From an uncultured bacterium (GTDB lineage Bacteria > Abyssobacteria > SURF-5): a stretch of 64,000 nucleotides of DNA. How positions within the stretch are numbered: position 1 is the first letter of the stretch; each line of letters opens with the position of its first letter. The stretch covers positions 1 to 64,000 of the forward strand of contig CAZSKP010000001.1 of the NCBI GenBank assembly GCA_964607485.1. The letters are read 5' to 3'. Shown in pieces: positions 38,617 through 48,011 of this stretch. A model generated the notes under the pieces. The model was not told the origin of the DNA and searched no databases. It saw nothing but the letters and a program-made list of their open reading frames with translations. The position numbers were made by a program, and so were the translations under genes.

Positions 38617-39684
38617 TCACAAACCGCGCGAGGAACTTGTGACCGGGCACATCGAGGCGCGGCCGCCGGGACCGCGGCCGGGCCGTCGGCCGATGGATTG
38701 AATCCGTTGGCGCAAGCCTGAGTGGGATTCGGATCCCGTCTCCCTGATGCACACCTTGCCCGGATAGACCTCATACTTCGCGCGATAGCTGAGCGGCGTC
38801 ATGTTTGGCATGATGACGTTGGCTCCCCGCCCGAGGCCGAGCTCGCGTCCGACGGCGGAGTTGACCGTCGCCAACGCCGTCGTGGCGGGGATGTTGGCTT
38901 CGGGACAGACGATGCGCGTGAGCGCGATCACCTTGTACGTCATCTCTTCCGTGTTGGGCGCCTGTTCGTTCTCAGGGATGGGCCGTCGCCATTCACCCGA
39001 GCCGACGGGCGTATCCGGGTGGGGAATGTAGGGGCCCACTCCGACCATGTCGAGGTCGAGCTTCCGGAAGAGGTCGATGTCGTCGGCGAGGCCGGCAAAC
39101 GTCTGTCCGGGGATGCCGATCATGACACCGCCTCCGATTTCGTAGCCCATCTCCCTTAGTCTTAGCAACGCAGCCAGGCGGTCCGACACCCTTCCCGGAA
39201 GCGACGGATGGATTAACCGATAGAGGTCGGGGTCGGAGGTCTCAAACCGGAGAAGGTACCTGTCGGCCCCGGCCCGCCGCCAGGCCTGCAGGTCTTTGTC
39301 GGGACGCTCTCCCATGCTCAGCGTGACGGCCAGCCGGGTCTCGGCCTTTATGCGGCGAATGACGGCGGCAAGCCAACCGGTTCCGATACCGTAGTCTTCG
39401 CCCGACTGGAGGACGACCGTGCCGTAGCCGTATCCCACGGCTGCACGGACGCACGTCATGATCTCGCCCTCTGTCATTCGGTAGCGTTCGACCTTCTTGT
39501 TGTCACGCCGCAGGCCGCAATAGCCGCACTGCCGCACACAGTGGTTGGAGATCTCAATCAGGCCGCGCAGGTGCACCTCGTCGCCGACGGTTTCGCGCCT
39601 CACCCCGTCGGCCCAGCGCCAGAGCTGCGCAAGGCGTTCTTCGTCCTCTTCCCGCAGCCATGCGAGTATTTCGCTCCGGTTCAT
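38617..39684 (-). CDS. hydE: [FeFe]-hydrogenase H-cluster radical SAM maturase HydE
   Basis: RGLIEISNHCVRQCGYC, VLQSGED, YLLRFET, GANVIMPN, YPGK; start ATG 39684 overlaps the hydF stop. Confidence 0.95.
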   Translation of the reverse strand: MNRSEILAWLREEDEERLAQLWRWADGVRRETVGDEVHLRGLIEISNHCVRQCGYCGLRRDNKKVERYRMTEGEIMTCVRAAVGYGYGTVVLQSGEDYGIGTGWLAAVIRRIKAETRLAVTLSMGERPDKDLQAWRRAGADRYLLRFETSDPDLYRLIHPSLPGRVSDRLAALLRLREMGYEIGGGVMIGIPGQTFAGLADDIDLFRKLDLDMVGVGPYIPHPDTPVGSGEWRRPIPENEQAPNTEEMTYKVIALTRIVCPEANIPATTALATVNSAVGRELGLGRGANVIMPNMTPLSYRAKYEVYPGKVCIRETGSESHSGLRQRIQSIGRRPGRGPGGRASMCPVTSSSRGL

Positions 39685-40922
39685 TGTTGCTGCCTTTTCA
39701 CTTCCCGATACACTTCCAGCGCGGCCGGGAACGGATCGAGCGCGCGCTCGAGGATGCCGAGTGAGTAGGCTATCGCCAGTCCATAATTGGTTATCGGCGC
39801 CTTCGCCTGGCGGCATCGCAGCAGCCGCGTCAGCATCTCGCGCCGGTTCAGCATGCAGGCGCCGCAGTGGACGATGAGATTGTAGCGCGAGATGTCGTCG
39901 GGGAAGTCGTGTCCCTGAATGGTGTCGAACTCCAGTTTTCCGCCCACGTATTGAGTCAGCCAGCGGGGAATTTTCACGCGGCCGATGTCCTCGGCTATCG
40001 GATGATGCGAGCATGCCTCGCAAATCAATATGCGGTCTCCCGGCTTCAGTCGTTCGACGGCCAATGTCCCCATAACCTGTTGTACAAGGTCGCCCTTGAA
40101 ACGTGCGTAGAGAATCGAGAACGAAGTCAACTTGATTTCGCGCGGGGTGTCGGCGGCCACTTTCAGAAACACCTGTGAATCGGTCACCACGAGTTTTGGG
40201 GGACGCTTCTGTCGTTCCAGCGCGTCGCGCAGCTCGCGCTCCTTGACAACCATGCAATAGGCGTCGCTATCCAGCAGGTCGCGGATTGCCTGAACCTGAG
40301 GCAGAATCAGCCGTCCTTTTGGCGCCTCCTTGTCAATGGGAACCACAAGCACCGCCATCTCTCCCGCGCCAACCAGGTCACCGAGGATTATCGGGTTGTT
40401 GATAAATTCCGCAGGAGCCGTATCGAGCAACGCCCGACGAAAATCCAGTATTCCCATGTTCAGAGTGGCAGCGGTTCTTACGACGGGGATTTTCCGCGAT
40501 TGCAGCCGTTCAACGACTCCGCCGTTCGGCTGAGCGAGGTCAATCTTGTTAAGGACCACTATGCTCGGGATTTTCTGGTTGGCGAGCTCATCCAGCAGTC
40601 GTTCCTCGAAGGTTCCCCATTTGCGGGCCTCGCACACGACGACGCCGAGGTCTGTACGGTCAAACACCTGGCGCGTTCTCTTGACACGAAGCTCGCCGAG
40701 TGCGCCTTCGTCGTCTATTCCCGCGGTGTCGATGAACAGCACAGGCCCCAGCGGCAGAAGCTCCATAGGTTTCTCGACCGGGTCGGTCGTGGTGCCCGCC
40801 TGCTCGGACACAATGGAGACCTGCTGTCGCGTTATCGCGTTGAGCAGGCTCGACTTTCCGACGTTGCGGCGGCCAAACAGCCCGATGTGGAGTCGGAGTC
40901 CTTTTGGAGCGCGTTCACCCAT
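39681..40922 (-). CDS. hydF: [FeFe]-hydrogenase maturation GTPase HydF
   Basis: GRRNVGKSS, DTAG, NKID, APKGRLILPQ, CSHH and HCGAC motifs. Confidence 0.96.
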   Translation of the reverse strand: MGERAPKGLRLHIGLFGRRNVGKSSLLNAITRQQVSIVSEQAGTTTDPVEKPMELLPLGPVLFIDTAGIDDEGALGELRVKRTRQVFDRTDLGVVVCEARKWGTFEERLLDELANQKIPSIVVLNKIDLAQPNGGVVERLQSRKIPVVRTAATLNMGILDFRRALLDTAPAEFINNPIILGDLVGAGEMAVLVVPIDKEAPKGRLILPQVQAIRDLLDSDAYCMVVKERELRDALERQKRPPKLVVTDSQVFLKVAADTPREIKLTSFSILYARFKGDLVQQVMGTLAVERLKPGDRILICEACSHHPIAEDIGRVKIPRWLTQYVGGKLEFDTIQGHDFPDDISRYNLIVHCGACMLNRREMLTRLLRCRQAKAPITNYGLAIAYSLGILERALDPFPAALEVYREVKRQQQ

Positions 40923-42342
40923 TGTTTCCCCTTTTCGGCGCACCGGGCGAACCGAGGCGGCAAACGGCTTCCGGGCTCACCAATTCGTCAAATTTTTCGG
41001 CAGTGAGCAGTCCCTCGGCGATGGCCGTTTCCTTGATGCTCCTGCCGGTTTCATCGGCCAACTTCACGAGACGGCAAGCGCCCTCGTAACCGATTGCCCG
41101 TAGTAACGCCGTTGCCGTAGCGGTCGAACTTTCCACGTGTCCGCGGCAACGCTCTTCATCGGCCTCGATGCCCTCGACGCAGAGGCGCCTCAGGATATCG
41201 CAGCCGCGAGCGAGCAGCGTGCAGCTCTCCAACAGGCAGTTGGCAATGAGAGGGAGAAAGGGATTGAGCTCCAAGTTGCCCGACGCTGCGGCCAGGGCAA
41301 TCGTCTGGTCGTATCCCATTACCAACATGGCCAACTGCGAGACCGCCTCGGGGATCACCGGATTGACTTTGCCGGGCATGATCGAAGAGCCCGCCTGTCG
41401 CGACGGCAGACGAATCTCGCCGAACCCCGCTTCCGGCCCCGAAGCCAGCAGGCGAAGGTCCGTGCAGACCTTCAGGAGAGATGTCGCGCAGGCTTTCAAA
41501 ATGCCCGAAACCTCGACGAACACGTCGGCGTTCTGCGTTGCTTCGACCATGTTCTCGGCTCGGGCCAGACCGATTCCGGTCAGTTCGCGCAGGGTGTCCA
41601 CTACGCGAAAGATAAATTGGCGAGGCGAGGTGATGCCCGTGCCGATGGCGGTGCCGCCAAGATTGACCACGCGCAGCCGTTCTTCGCACTTATAGATGCG
41701 CCATCTGTCGCGGCTGAACGCTTCGGCATAGGCACTCATCTCCCGCCCCAATGTGGTGAGGACGGCGTCCTGCAATTCGGTGCGACCGACCTTCACAATA
41801 TGAGCGAACTGCTTCTCTTTGGACTGAAACGCTTCCTGTAGTGAAACCACCCGGTCTTCGAGTTCGCGGAGCAGTCGAATCGACGCCACCCTTAATGCAG
41901 TCGGATAGGTGTCGTTGGTGGATTGGTGCAGGTTGATATCGTCGAGCGGGGAAACGCAGTCGTAGTTGCCCGGAGTTTCTCCCAGAATCGCCAGAGCGCG
42001 GTTCGCCAGCACCTCATTCACATTCATATTGGTCGAGGTCCCGGCACCACCTTGCAGGCAGTCCACAATGATGAAGTCGTTCAACAAGCCATCCGCCATT
42101 TCCTTGCAGGCGCGTTCTATTGCGTCGGCCTTGGCTTCATCCTTCCAGACGCCCAACGCCCGGTTTGTCATGGCACAGGCGAGCTTCACGCTGCCGTAGG
42201 CGCGCACCAACTCCGGATGCACCCGTCGCCCGGCGAGGGGGAAGTTTTCGACAGACCTGGCGGTGTGGATACCGTGCAGGGAATCGGCCGGCAGACGCAC
42301 CTCACCGATTAGGTCGTGCTCGGAACGGTACCGTTCACTCAT
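40915..42342 (-). CDS. aspA: Aspartate ammonia-lyase
   Basis: QGGAGTSTNMNVNEV, QSTNDTYPT and GSSIMPGKVNP signature. Confidence 0.9.
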   Translation of the reverse strand: MSERYRSEHDLIGEVRLPADSLHGIHTARSVENFPLAGRRVHPELVRAYGSVKLACAMTNRALGVWKDEAKADAIERACKEMADGLLNDFIIVDCLQGGAGTSTNMNVNEVLANRALAILGETPGNYDCVSPLDDINLHQSTNDTYPTALRVASIRLLRELEDRVVSLQEAFQSKEKQFAHIVKVGRTELQDAVLTTLGREMSAYAEAFSRDRWRIYKCEERLRVVNLGGTAIGTGITSPRQFIFRVVDTLRELTGIGLARAENMVEATQNADVFVEVSGILKACATSLLKVCTDLRLLASGPEAGFGEIRLPSRQAGSSIMPGKVNPVIPEAVSQLAMLVMGYDQTIALAAASGNLELNPFLPLIANCLLESCTLLARGCDILRRLCVEGIEADEERCRGHVESSTATATALLRAIGYEGACRLVKLADETGRSIKETAIAEGLLTAEKFDELVSPEAVCRLGSPGAPKRGNNG

Positions 42343-42434
42343 GGTCGTCTCTTTGACAGCGGTGTCTGTTCTACAGACTTTAGCCGCCGTCCGTCGTCTC
42401 AGTGCAGCCAATGCAACTCCTCACCGACGCGTCC

Positions 42435-43733
42435 TCAAAATCTGTAGATGAGCGACGTTTGAACTCGGACGCTGTCTCCGTCTTCGAGGTTCTTGTAGTC
42501 GGTCTCCCAGCGCGACAGCTCAATTCCCGCCTGCACTGCCTCGTTCACGTCGTAGATGACGTTTCCCCAGACCGCGCAGTTGCGCGAGCGGTCGCCGTCG
42601 TTCAGGTCGCCGTTGTCGGGGTCGTCGAGGCCGGCGCCGAGGTTGTAGTGCCACCGGCCAAACGGGCCGAGGCTCAACGCCACCCAGCCGCCTGCGCTTT
42701 GTATCTCATCCATCGTGGTCTGGTTCACCCCTTGGCCGATGCCGCCCAAGTAATCGTCCAGATTCTCGCCCGTCCAGAATTCTCCCTTTGCGGTCAGCCA
42801 CTGGAAAATCGGCAGGGTGACGTCCACATTCGCCGACCAGGAGTCGAACTTCTTGTTGTTGTCCGACGCGTCCATGTCGAACTCTTCCTGTCCCCAGTGA
42901 CCGGAGACCCCCACCGTCGCCTTCTCGTCCGTCAAGAAGGGGAACGACAGGGCCGTCCTGCCCTGGAAGGTGGGGAATCCCGTGTCTTCGCCGGTGTCTC
43001 CGGGGTCGTAGGCGATGTCGTCTCCTATCGTACGCGTGGCCGCGGCCTGAAACACGAGATGCGAGTCGGCGCCTACGTCGAATCCCTTCGTCAAACGGAA
43101 CTGGGGTCGCCGGTAGCCGATGTTCCCGACCCACCAGGCGACCGAGTAGTTCAACGTGTACGGATAGAGCGGAGAGATCACGTCGGACGTCTGACCCGCC
43201 AGGATGCTGAAGTCTCGTTCGGGCCAATTCAGTTCGAGGTAGGCGTGCCGAAGCATCACTCGGTTCTTGTTTTCGCCGCCGCCCTCGTAGAAGTCAATCT
43301 CGACTCTTCCCCGTGTCGAAGCGCCTCCAAACTCGGGGCCGTCGAATTTCAGTCCCAGCCTCGATTCCCGCGCGGTCGCGTTGAACTGGTCGTCGTCCTC
43401 GCGGTCCTCTTCGGATTCCACCCATCGGGCGAAATTGCCGACATCGGTGCGCGCGCTGTCATAGGCGGCGTCAAACTTCAGGTATCCGTAAAGCACGACG
43501 GGATACGACGACCGCACTGCCGGCTTATCCTTTCCGGCAACGGGAGCGGGTTGTTCGGGAAGGAGCGACTTGATCTCATCGAGGGCCGCCTCGAGGCGTT
43601 CGACTCTTTGTCGCAGTTCAACATTCTCTCGTTTCAGCCTCTCCATTTCGTCCGCATTCTGGTTCTCCTGTGCCCACGCGTTCCCGAATAGCAGCGCCAT
43701 CACAACCAGCACGGATGTGAGTAGTTTTTTCAT
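42435..43733 (-). CDS. Outer-membrane porin, DcaP-like, with N-terminal coiled coil
   Basis: Signal peptide, heptad repeat, YGYLKFDAAYD, RESRLG, EIDFY, LRHAY, LAGQT; C-terminal YRF. Confidence 0.8.
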   Translation of the reverse strand: MKKLLTSVLVVMALLFGNAWAQENQNADEMERLKRENVELRQRVERLEAALDEIKSLLPEQPAPVAGKDKPAVRSSYPVVLYGYLKFDAAYDSARTDVGNFARWVESEEDREDDDQFNATARESRLGLKFDGPEFGGASTRGRVEIDFYEGGGENKNRVMLRHAYLELNWPERDFSILAGQTSDVISPLYPYTLNYSVAWWVGNIGYRRPQFRLTKGFDVGADSHLVFQAAATRTIGDDIAYDPGDTGEDTGFPTFQGRTALSFPFLTDEKATVGVSGHWGQEEFDMDASDNNKKFDSWSANVDVTLPIFQWLTAKGEFWTGENLDDYLGGIGQGVNQTTMDEIQSAGGWVALSLGPFGRWHYNLGAGLDDPDNGDLNDGDRSRNCAVWGNVIYDVNEAVQAGIELSRWETDYKNLEDGDSVRVQTSLIYRF

Positions 43734-44193
43734 GATTCATCCTCGCGAATCCTGAAGCGCGCCGCAGCCGTGGGTCATTTCCCGTGCGAATCCTCCCCGT
43801 GAGCCTTCTCGCAGGACCGCCGGCGTGCGGCGCTTCGCCGGGTCCCCTCGTCTGCTTTTCTCGTGACTCCAGCCGATCGGATATGAGCCGGTTGAGAAAC
43901 TCGACCAGCCTGGCGCGGTCGGCCTCGGCCAGCCGCTCCCAGGAATCCGAAACCAGTCCGATGTTGTTTTGCAATTCGATTCGCTCGACGCCGCCCCTCG
44001 GCGGGTGTTCCGGCATCTGGCCCGCCAGGTAGGACCAGCGTCGCCCGAATATCTCGACGAACCACAGCCTGAGATCAAAGCGCTCTTGTGCACGCAGGGC
44101 AAGCCTGCCAAGCGAATCGGCGAGCGAGCGCCCCTTGGTCTCACCCGCAACGATTCGGAGCCAGTCGTCAAACCCTGAGGTCTCTCTCTCCAT
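43618..44193 (-). CDS. Hypothetical protein between hydG and the porin; boundaries uncertain
   Basis: Protein-like N-terminal ~110 aa fills the operon gap; overlaps hydG by 26 nt and the porin start by 116 nt. Confidence 0.45.
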   Translation of the reverse strand: MERETSGFDDWLRIVAGETKGRSLADSLGRLALRAQERFDLRLWFVEIFGRRWSYLAGQMPEHPPRGGVERIELQNNIGLVSDSWERLAEADRARLVEFLNRLISDRLESREKQTRGPGEAPHAGGPARRLTGRIRTGNDPRLRRASGFARMNHEKTTHIRAGCDGAAIRERVGTGEPECGRNGEAETREC

Positions 44194-45634
44194 TCTCGAT
44201 TGCCTTCAGCATTTGCCCGAGGGCGAGCCGCATCGCTTCCGGGACATCGCCCATTCTGCGCTCAATCAATTTCTCGCCGACCTTCCTCGTTTCCTCCGAG
44301 GCGTAGTCGAGCAGGTATTCCTTGAACGTCAGGATGGCGTTCGGTATGCAGAACTGGTGAACCTTGCCGGCCTTGGCGATTTTCATGAAATAGCTTCCGG
44401 TTCTGCCACACCGGTAGCCCGCCGTGCAGAACGAGGTGAGGTAGCCCATGTCGGCGATTTCGCGGACGACTTCGTCGAGGCCCCTTGTGTCGCCGAGCAT
44501 GAACTGCTGCCGCTCCGCCTCCTGTATTCCCGTGGCCTCGCTGTAGGCGCCGATGCCTATCTTCGTGGAAGCGTCGGTCTGGGTGCAGCCAACGTTGAGC
44601 ACGTCGCGCCTGATATGCGCCGGCTCCCTGGCCGTGAGGATCATGCCTGTATAAGGCACAGAGAGTCTAATGACGGCGACCAGTCGCTTGAAATCCCTGT
44701 CGCTCACCTTGTGGGGCGAATTTTCGCAAATCGGCGCGTTCGCCGCCGGTTCGAGCCTTGGGAACGAGATGGTGTGAGGGCCGATTCCGTCGAACCTCTT
44801 TTCGAGGTCGATGGCGTGATACAGGAGGCCAAGCACCTCGAATTTCCAGTCATACAGCCCGAAGAGCGCGCCTATCGCCACGTCGTCCACCCCGGCGTCA
44901 AGCGCCCTGTGGAGCGCATAGAGACGCCATCGGTAATTCGACTTGCTCCCTCGCGGGTGCATCTTCTTGTACGTCTCATGGTGGTAAGTTTCCTGAAAGA
45001 CCTGGAACGTTCCGATTCCCACGTCGCGGAGAAGCTTCAGGTTGGCGACGGTTTGGGGCGCGGCGTTTATGTTGACGCGCCTGATCTCGCCGTTGCCTAC
45101 CCTGGTTTCGTAGACGGCGCGGATGGTATCGGCGATGTAGTTCACGTCGCTTGCAGGGTGCTCACCATACACCATGATCAGCCTCTTGTGGCCGAGCGAG
45201 ACCAATGCCTTCGTTTCCCTGCGGACCTCGTCGATGGTCAGTTTGCGCCTCTTTTCGGCCGTGTTTTCTCTCCGGAAGCCGCAGTATAGGCACGAGTTGA
45301 CACACAAGTTGCTGCAGTAGAGGGGTGCGAACGTGACGATGCGGGGGCCGTACACCTTCAGCTTGACGCTGAGCGCGGTTTCAAACATCTCTTCCCACAG
45401 GCCCTCGTCTTCGACGTTGAGCAGCGCCGCGGTCTCGCGCGGTTCGAGCCTCTGCAGCGCGAGCGAACGGTCGAGGATGTCGCGAATCCTTTCCCGCTCG
45501 GGTTTTCTGTTCTCTTCTATGAGTCGTTCGATTTCCGCGTCGTCGATGAAATCCTCGCCGCCCTTAAGGTACCGGGTGATCTCATCGTCGTGCACCACCG
45601 AATCGACCCATTTTTCAACTGCCAAGGACTGCAT
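44168..45634 (-). CDS. hydG: [FeFe]-hydrogenase H-cluster radical SAM maturase HydG
   Basis: FAPLYCSNLCVNSCLYCGF, FQETYH, GPHTISFPR, SFCTAGYRCGRTG, FCIPN. Confidence 0.96.
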   Translation of the reverse strand: MQSLAVEKWVDSVVHDDEITRYLKGGEDFIDDAEIERLIEENRKPERERIRDILDRSLALQRLEPRETAALLNVEDEGLWEEMFETALSVKLKVYGPRIVTFAPLYCSNLCVNSCLYCGFRRENTAEKRRKLTIDEVRRETKALVSLGHKRLIMVYGEHPASDVNYIADTIRAVYETRVGNGEIRRVNINAAPQTVANLKLLRDVGIGTFQVFQETYHHETYKKMHPRGSKSNYRWRLYALHRALDAGVDDVAIGALFGLYDWKFEVLGLLYHAIDLEKRFDGIGPHTISFPRLEPAANAPICENSPHKVSDRDFKRLVAVIRLSVPYTGMILTAREPAHIRRDVLNVGCTQTDASTKIGIGAYSEATGIQEAERQQFMLGDTRGLDEVVREIADMGYLTSFCTAGYRCGRTGSYFMKIAKAGKVHQFCIPNAILTFKEYLLDYASEETRKVGEKLIERRMGDVPEAMRLALGQMLKAIENGERDLRV

Positions 45635-47540
45635 CTTTCATATCCTCTTTGGGTATCGCCTTGAGATCAACGATGAAAATACTTCCAAGCCCCTCCTCGC
45701 TCTCTGCAAGGATTCGCCCACCGTGCCGTTCGACGATTTCCTTGACAATGGCGAGGCCGAGGCCGGTGCCGTGCTCCTCGACCTTGCGGGCGTTCTCGGC
45801 CCGGAAGAACTCCGAGAACAGCCGCGACATATCGCCCTTGGGAATTCCGATGCCGTTGTCCCTGACCTCGATGCGTACCATGTCATTGGCCGCGCGGGAG
45901 AAGGCGACCCGCACGGTTCCGCCCTCGGGCGTATATTTGACGGCGTTGGAGACGAGATTCTCGAGCATCTGCTCGATCGTCTCGAAGTCGCCCCATATAT
46001 CCGGGACGTCGTCGGGCAGGGTGATTTCAAAGGTAAGCCCCTTCCTCGCGGCTCCGTCCTGGAAGGTGCGGCGTATGCGGCGGGTGAGCACGGAGAGGTC
46101 CACGCGTCCGTGGGCGGCCTCCCGTTTCTCGGCCCGCTCGGTGGCCAGCGTCATGAGTTCATTGATAATCGAGAGCATCGTTCGAGCCCTGCGGTCGACG
46201 CGACGCAGGTATTCGTTCTGTTCGGCGGTGAGACTGCCGTGGTATCCCCCGCGGACGACCTCCAGGATGCTGAGGATGGCCGACAGGGGGGCGCGCAGGT
46301 TATGCGCGACCCGCATCATGAACCACGAGCGGTCCTGCACCATGCGCTCGATGGCCTCATACGCGCGCGCGTTTTCGATTGCGATGGCCACGAGTCCCGC
46401 GGCCAGTTGGAAGAACTCCATCTCCTCTCTGTCGAACCGGTCAGCGAGATTGCAGTAAGCGCCCAGGATGCCGATGACCTTGTCCTCGATCGCCAGGGGC
46501 ACAAACAGGACCGATTGCAGGTTCGCCGCGGCGAGGTCTTCGCCGAACTGAAACATCTCGCGCTCGGTCACCCGGCCGGTGACGAACGGCTCGCCCTCGA
46601 TGACTCTGCGGTTGAGTGGACTCTTCGCCACCTCCACGACCCTGCTCTTGATGAATTCGGCGGGGAGTCCGTGAGCCGCCGCGTATCGCAACTCCTTGCC
46701 GTCCTCGCTGAGGAGCTTGACCGAAATGGCCACTACGTCCATCACCTTGGCCAGCTCGGCGGCCATCGTGTTCAGCACTTCGTCGAGATGCTGACTCGAG
46801 AGGATGGCCTGGGTCACGACGTACAGGCTGTTGAGCTTGTTGTTGAGCTCCGTCAGCGCTTCGGTGACATCGGCGAGATTCACGATTCGCATCCGGAGCA
46901 TTCTCATGATGGCGGTCGTGGAGAAGGCTGTGATGAAGACCGACGTCGCGAAGAACGCGAGGCTCACAATTATGTGGAACGGCCGTTCCATCACGTTGAG
47001 GGAGTTTCCCCGGAACACGACGGGGTGCTGCGGCATCCAGCCTTCATATTCCGCCAGGGCGATCAGACACATGCCCGCCACGGCCAACGCGGAAAAACCA
47101 TAAGCCGACCGCGGCCTGAGCAGGATGGAGGCGAAGATGATGTGGAAGATGAAGAAGAATATGAACGGGCTCGCCGCGCCGCCGGTAAGATGGATGAGGA
47201 GAAACATGGCGACGTAGTCGAGACCCACCTGCCAGTAAGTGAAGCGCTGGATGTACGTGGGCTGCCAGCCCACCTCCTGTTGCACCCACACGCTCTGCAG
47301 GTAGAACACGACGTTGTAGGCGAAGATGAATGCGGCCACCGCCAGCAGCGGACCCGCGGCCAGCTCGACGCCGATCAATCTGGCGACGCCTACTCCCGCC
47401 ACGATGCTGGGCGGCACCCACCACCGCAGCCGCACGAACCAGAGGGTTCGGTCCCTCAGTTCACCCAGGATGACTCGCTTGCGCTTGTCGATTTCGTCGT
47501 GGACGTTCTGGAGGGCAGTCTGTTTCACCTCACTGGTCAT
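45615..47540 (-). CDS. Membrane-bound GAF sensor histidine kinase
   Basis: Multiple TM helices, GAF domain, H-box VAHNLRAPL, NLVSNAVKY, DNGIG, GTGLGL. Confidence 0.92.
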   Translation of the reverse strand: MTSEVKQTALQNVHDEIDKRKRVILGELRDRTLWFVRLRWWVPPSIVAGVGVARLIGVELAAGPLLAVAAFIFAYNVVFYLQSVWVQQEVGWQPTYIQRFTYWQVGLDYVAMFLLIHLTGGAASPFIFFFIFHIIFASILLRPRSAYGFSALAVAGMCLIALAEYEGWMPQHPVVFRGNSLNVMERPFHIIVSLAFFATSVFITAFSTTAIMRMLRMRIVNLADVTEALTELNNKLNSLYVVTQAILSSQHLDEVLNTMAAELAKVMDVVAISVKLLSEDGKELRYAAAHGLPAEFIKSRVVEVAKSPLNRRVIEGEPFVTGRVTEREMFQFGEDLAAANLQSVLFVPLAIEDKVIGILGAYCNLADRFDREEMEFFQLAAGLVAIAIENARAYEAIERMVQDRSWFMMRVAHNLRAPLSAILSILEVVRGGYHGSLTAEQNEYLRRVDRRARTMLSIINELMTLATERAEKREAAHGRVDLSVLTRRIRRTFQDGAARKGLTFEITLPDDVPDIWGDFETIEQMLENLVSNAVKYTPEGGTVRVAFSRAANDMVRIEVRDNGIGIPKGDMSRLFSEFFRAENARKVEEHGTGLGLAIVKEIVERHGGRILAESEEGLGSIFIVDLKAIPKEDMKDAVLGS

Positions 47541-47568
47541 ACGCAGCCTCCGACGCGAGCCGTCGCGG

Positions 47569-47976
47569 TCAGGCTCTGGTCAAAATGCCCCTTATCTTGT
47601 CAAGAAGCTTCTTGCTGTCGACAGGCTTTTCGAACATCCACTTGGCCGGCCATTCTTCTCCGAGGATATGCTGAAATTTTTCCGGCCCCTCGCTCCGGAC
47701 CCTCTCGAGGAAACTGGTCAGAATGATGATGGGAAGGTTTGCGAATTCGGGCTTGCTTTTCAGCTCATAGGCCAGGTCGAAACCTTCGGTGTCGGTAGCC
47801 ATCATAATGTCCAGGATCATCAGGTCGGGCATCTTGGCCTTCAGCTCGGAGAGGGCCTCGCGCCCGTTTGCCGCGGTGCGGACGCTGAAGCCGTTGCTCT
47901 CCAAAATGATCCCGATGGAATCTCGGATGTCCCGGTCGTCATCTACCAGGAGAATTTCGCCTTCGCTCGCCATCAT
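47569..47976 (-). CDS. Single-domain response regulator
   Basis: LLVDDD, LMILDIMM, ILTS, EKPV. Confidence 0.9.
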   Translation of the reverse strand: MMASEGEILLVDDDRDIRDSIGIILESNGFSVRTAANGREALSELKAKMPDLMILDIMMATDTEGFDLAYELKSKPEFANLPIIILTSFLERVRSEGPEKFQHILGEEWPAKWMFEKPVDSKKLLDKIRGILTRA

Positions 47977-48011
47977 TGCCTCCTTCTGTGGGCGTCCCCC
48001 CAGAAATTCGC

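Noticed and set aside
39685-40257. N-terminal extension of HydE in the ORF track
   Set aside because: Overlaps hydF in another frame; the probable start is ATG 39684.
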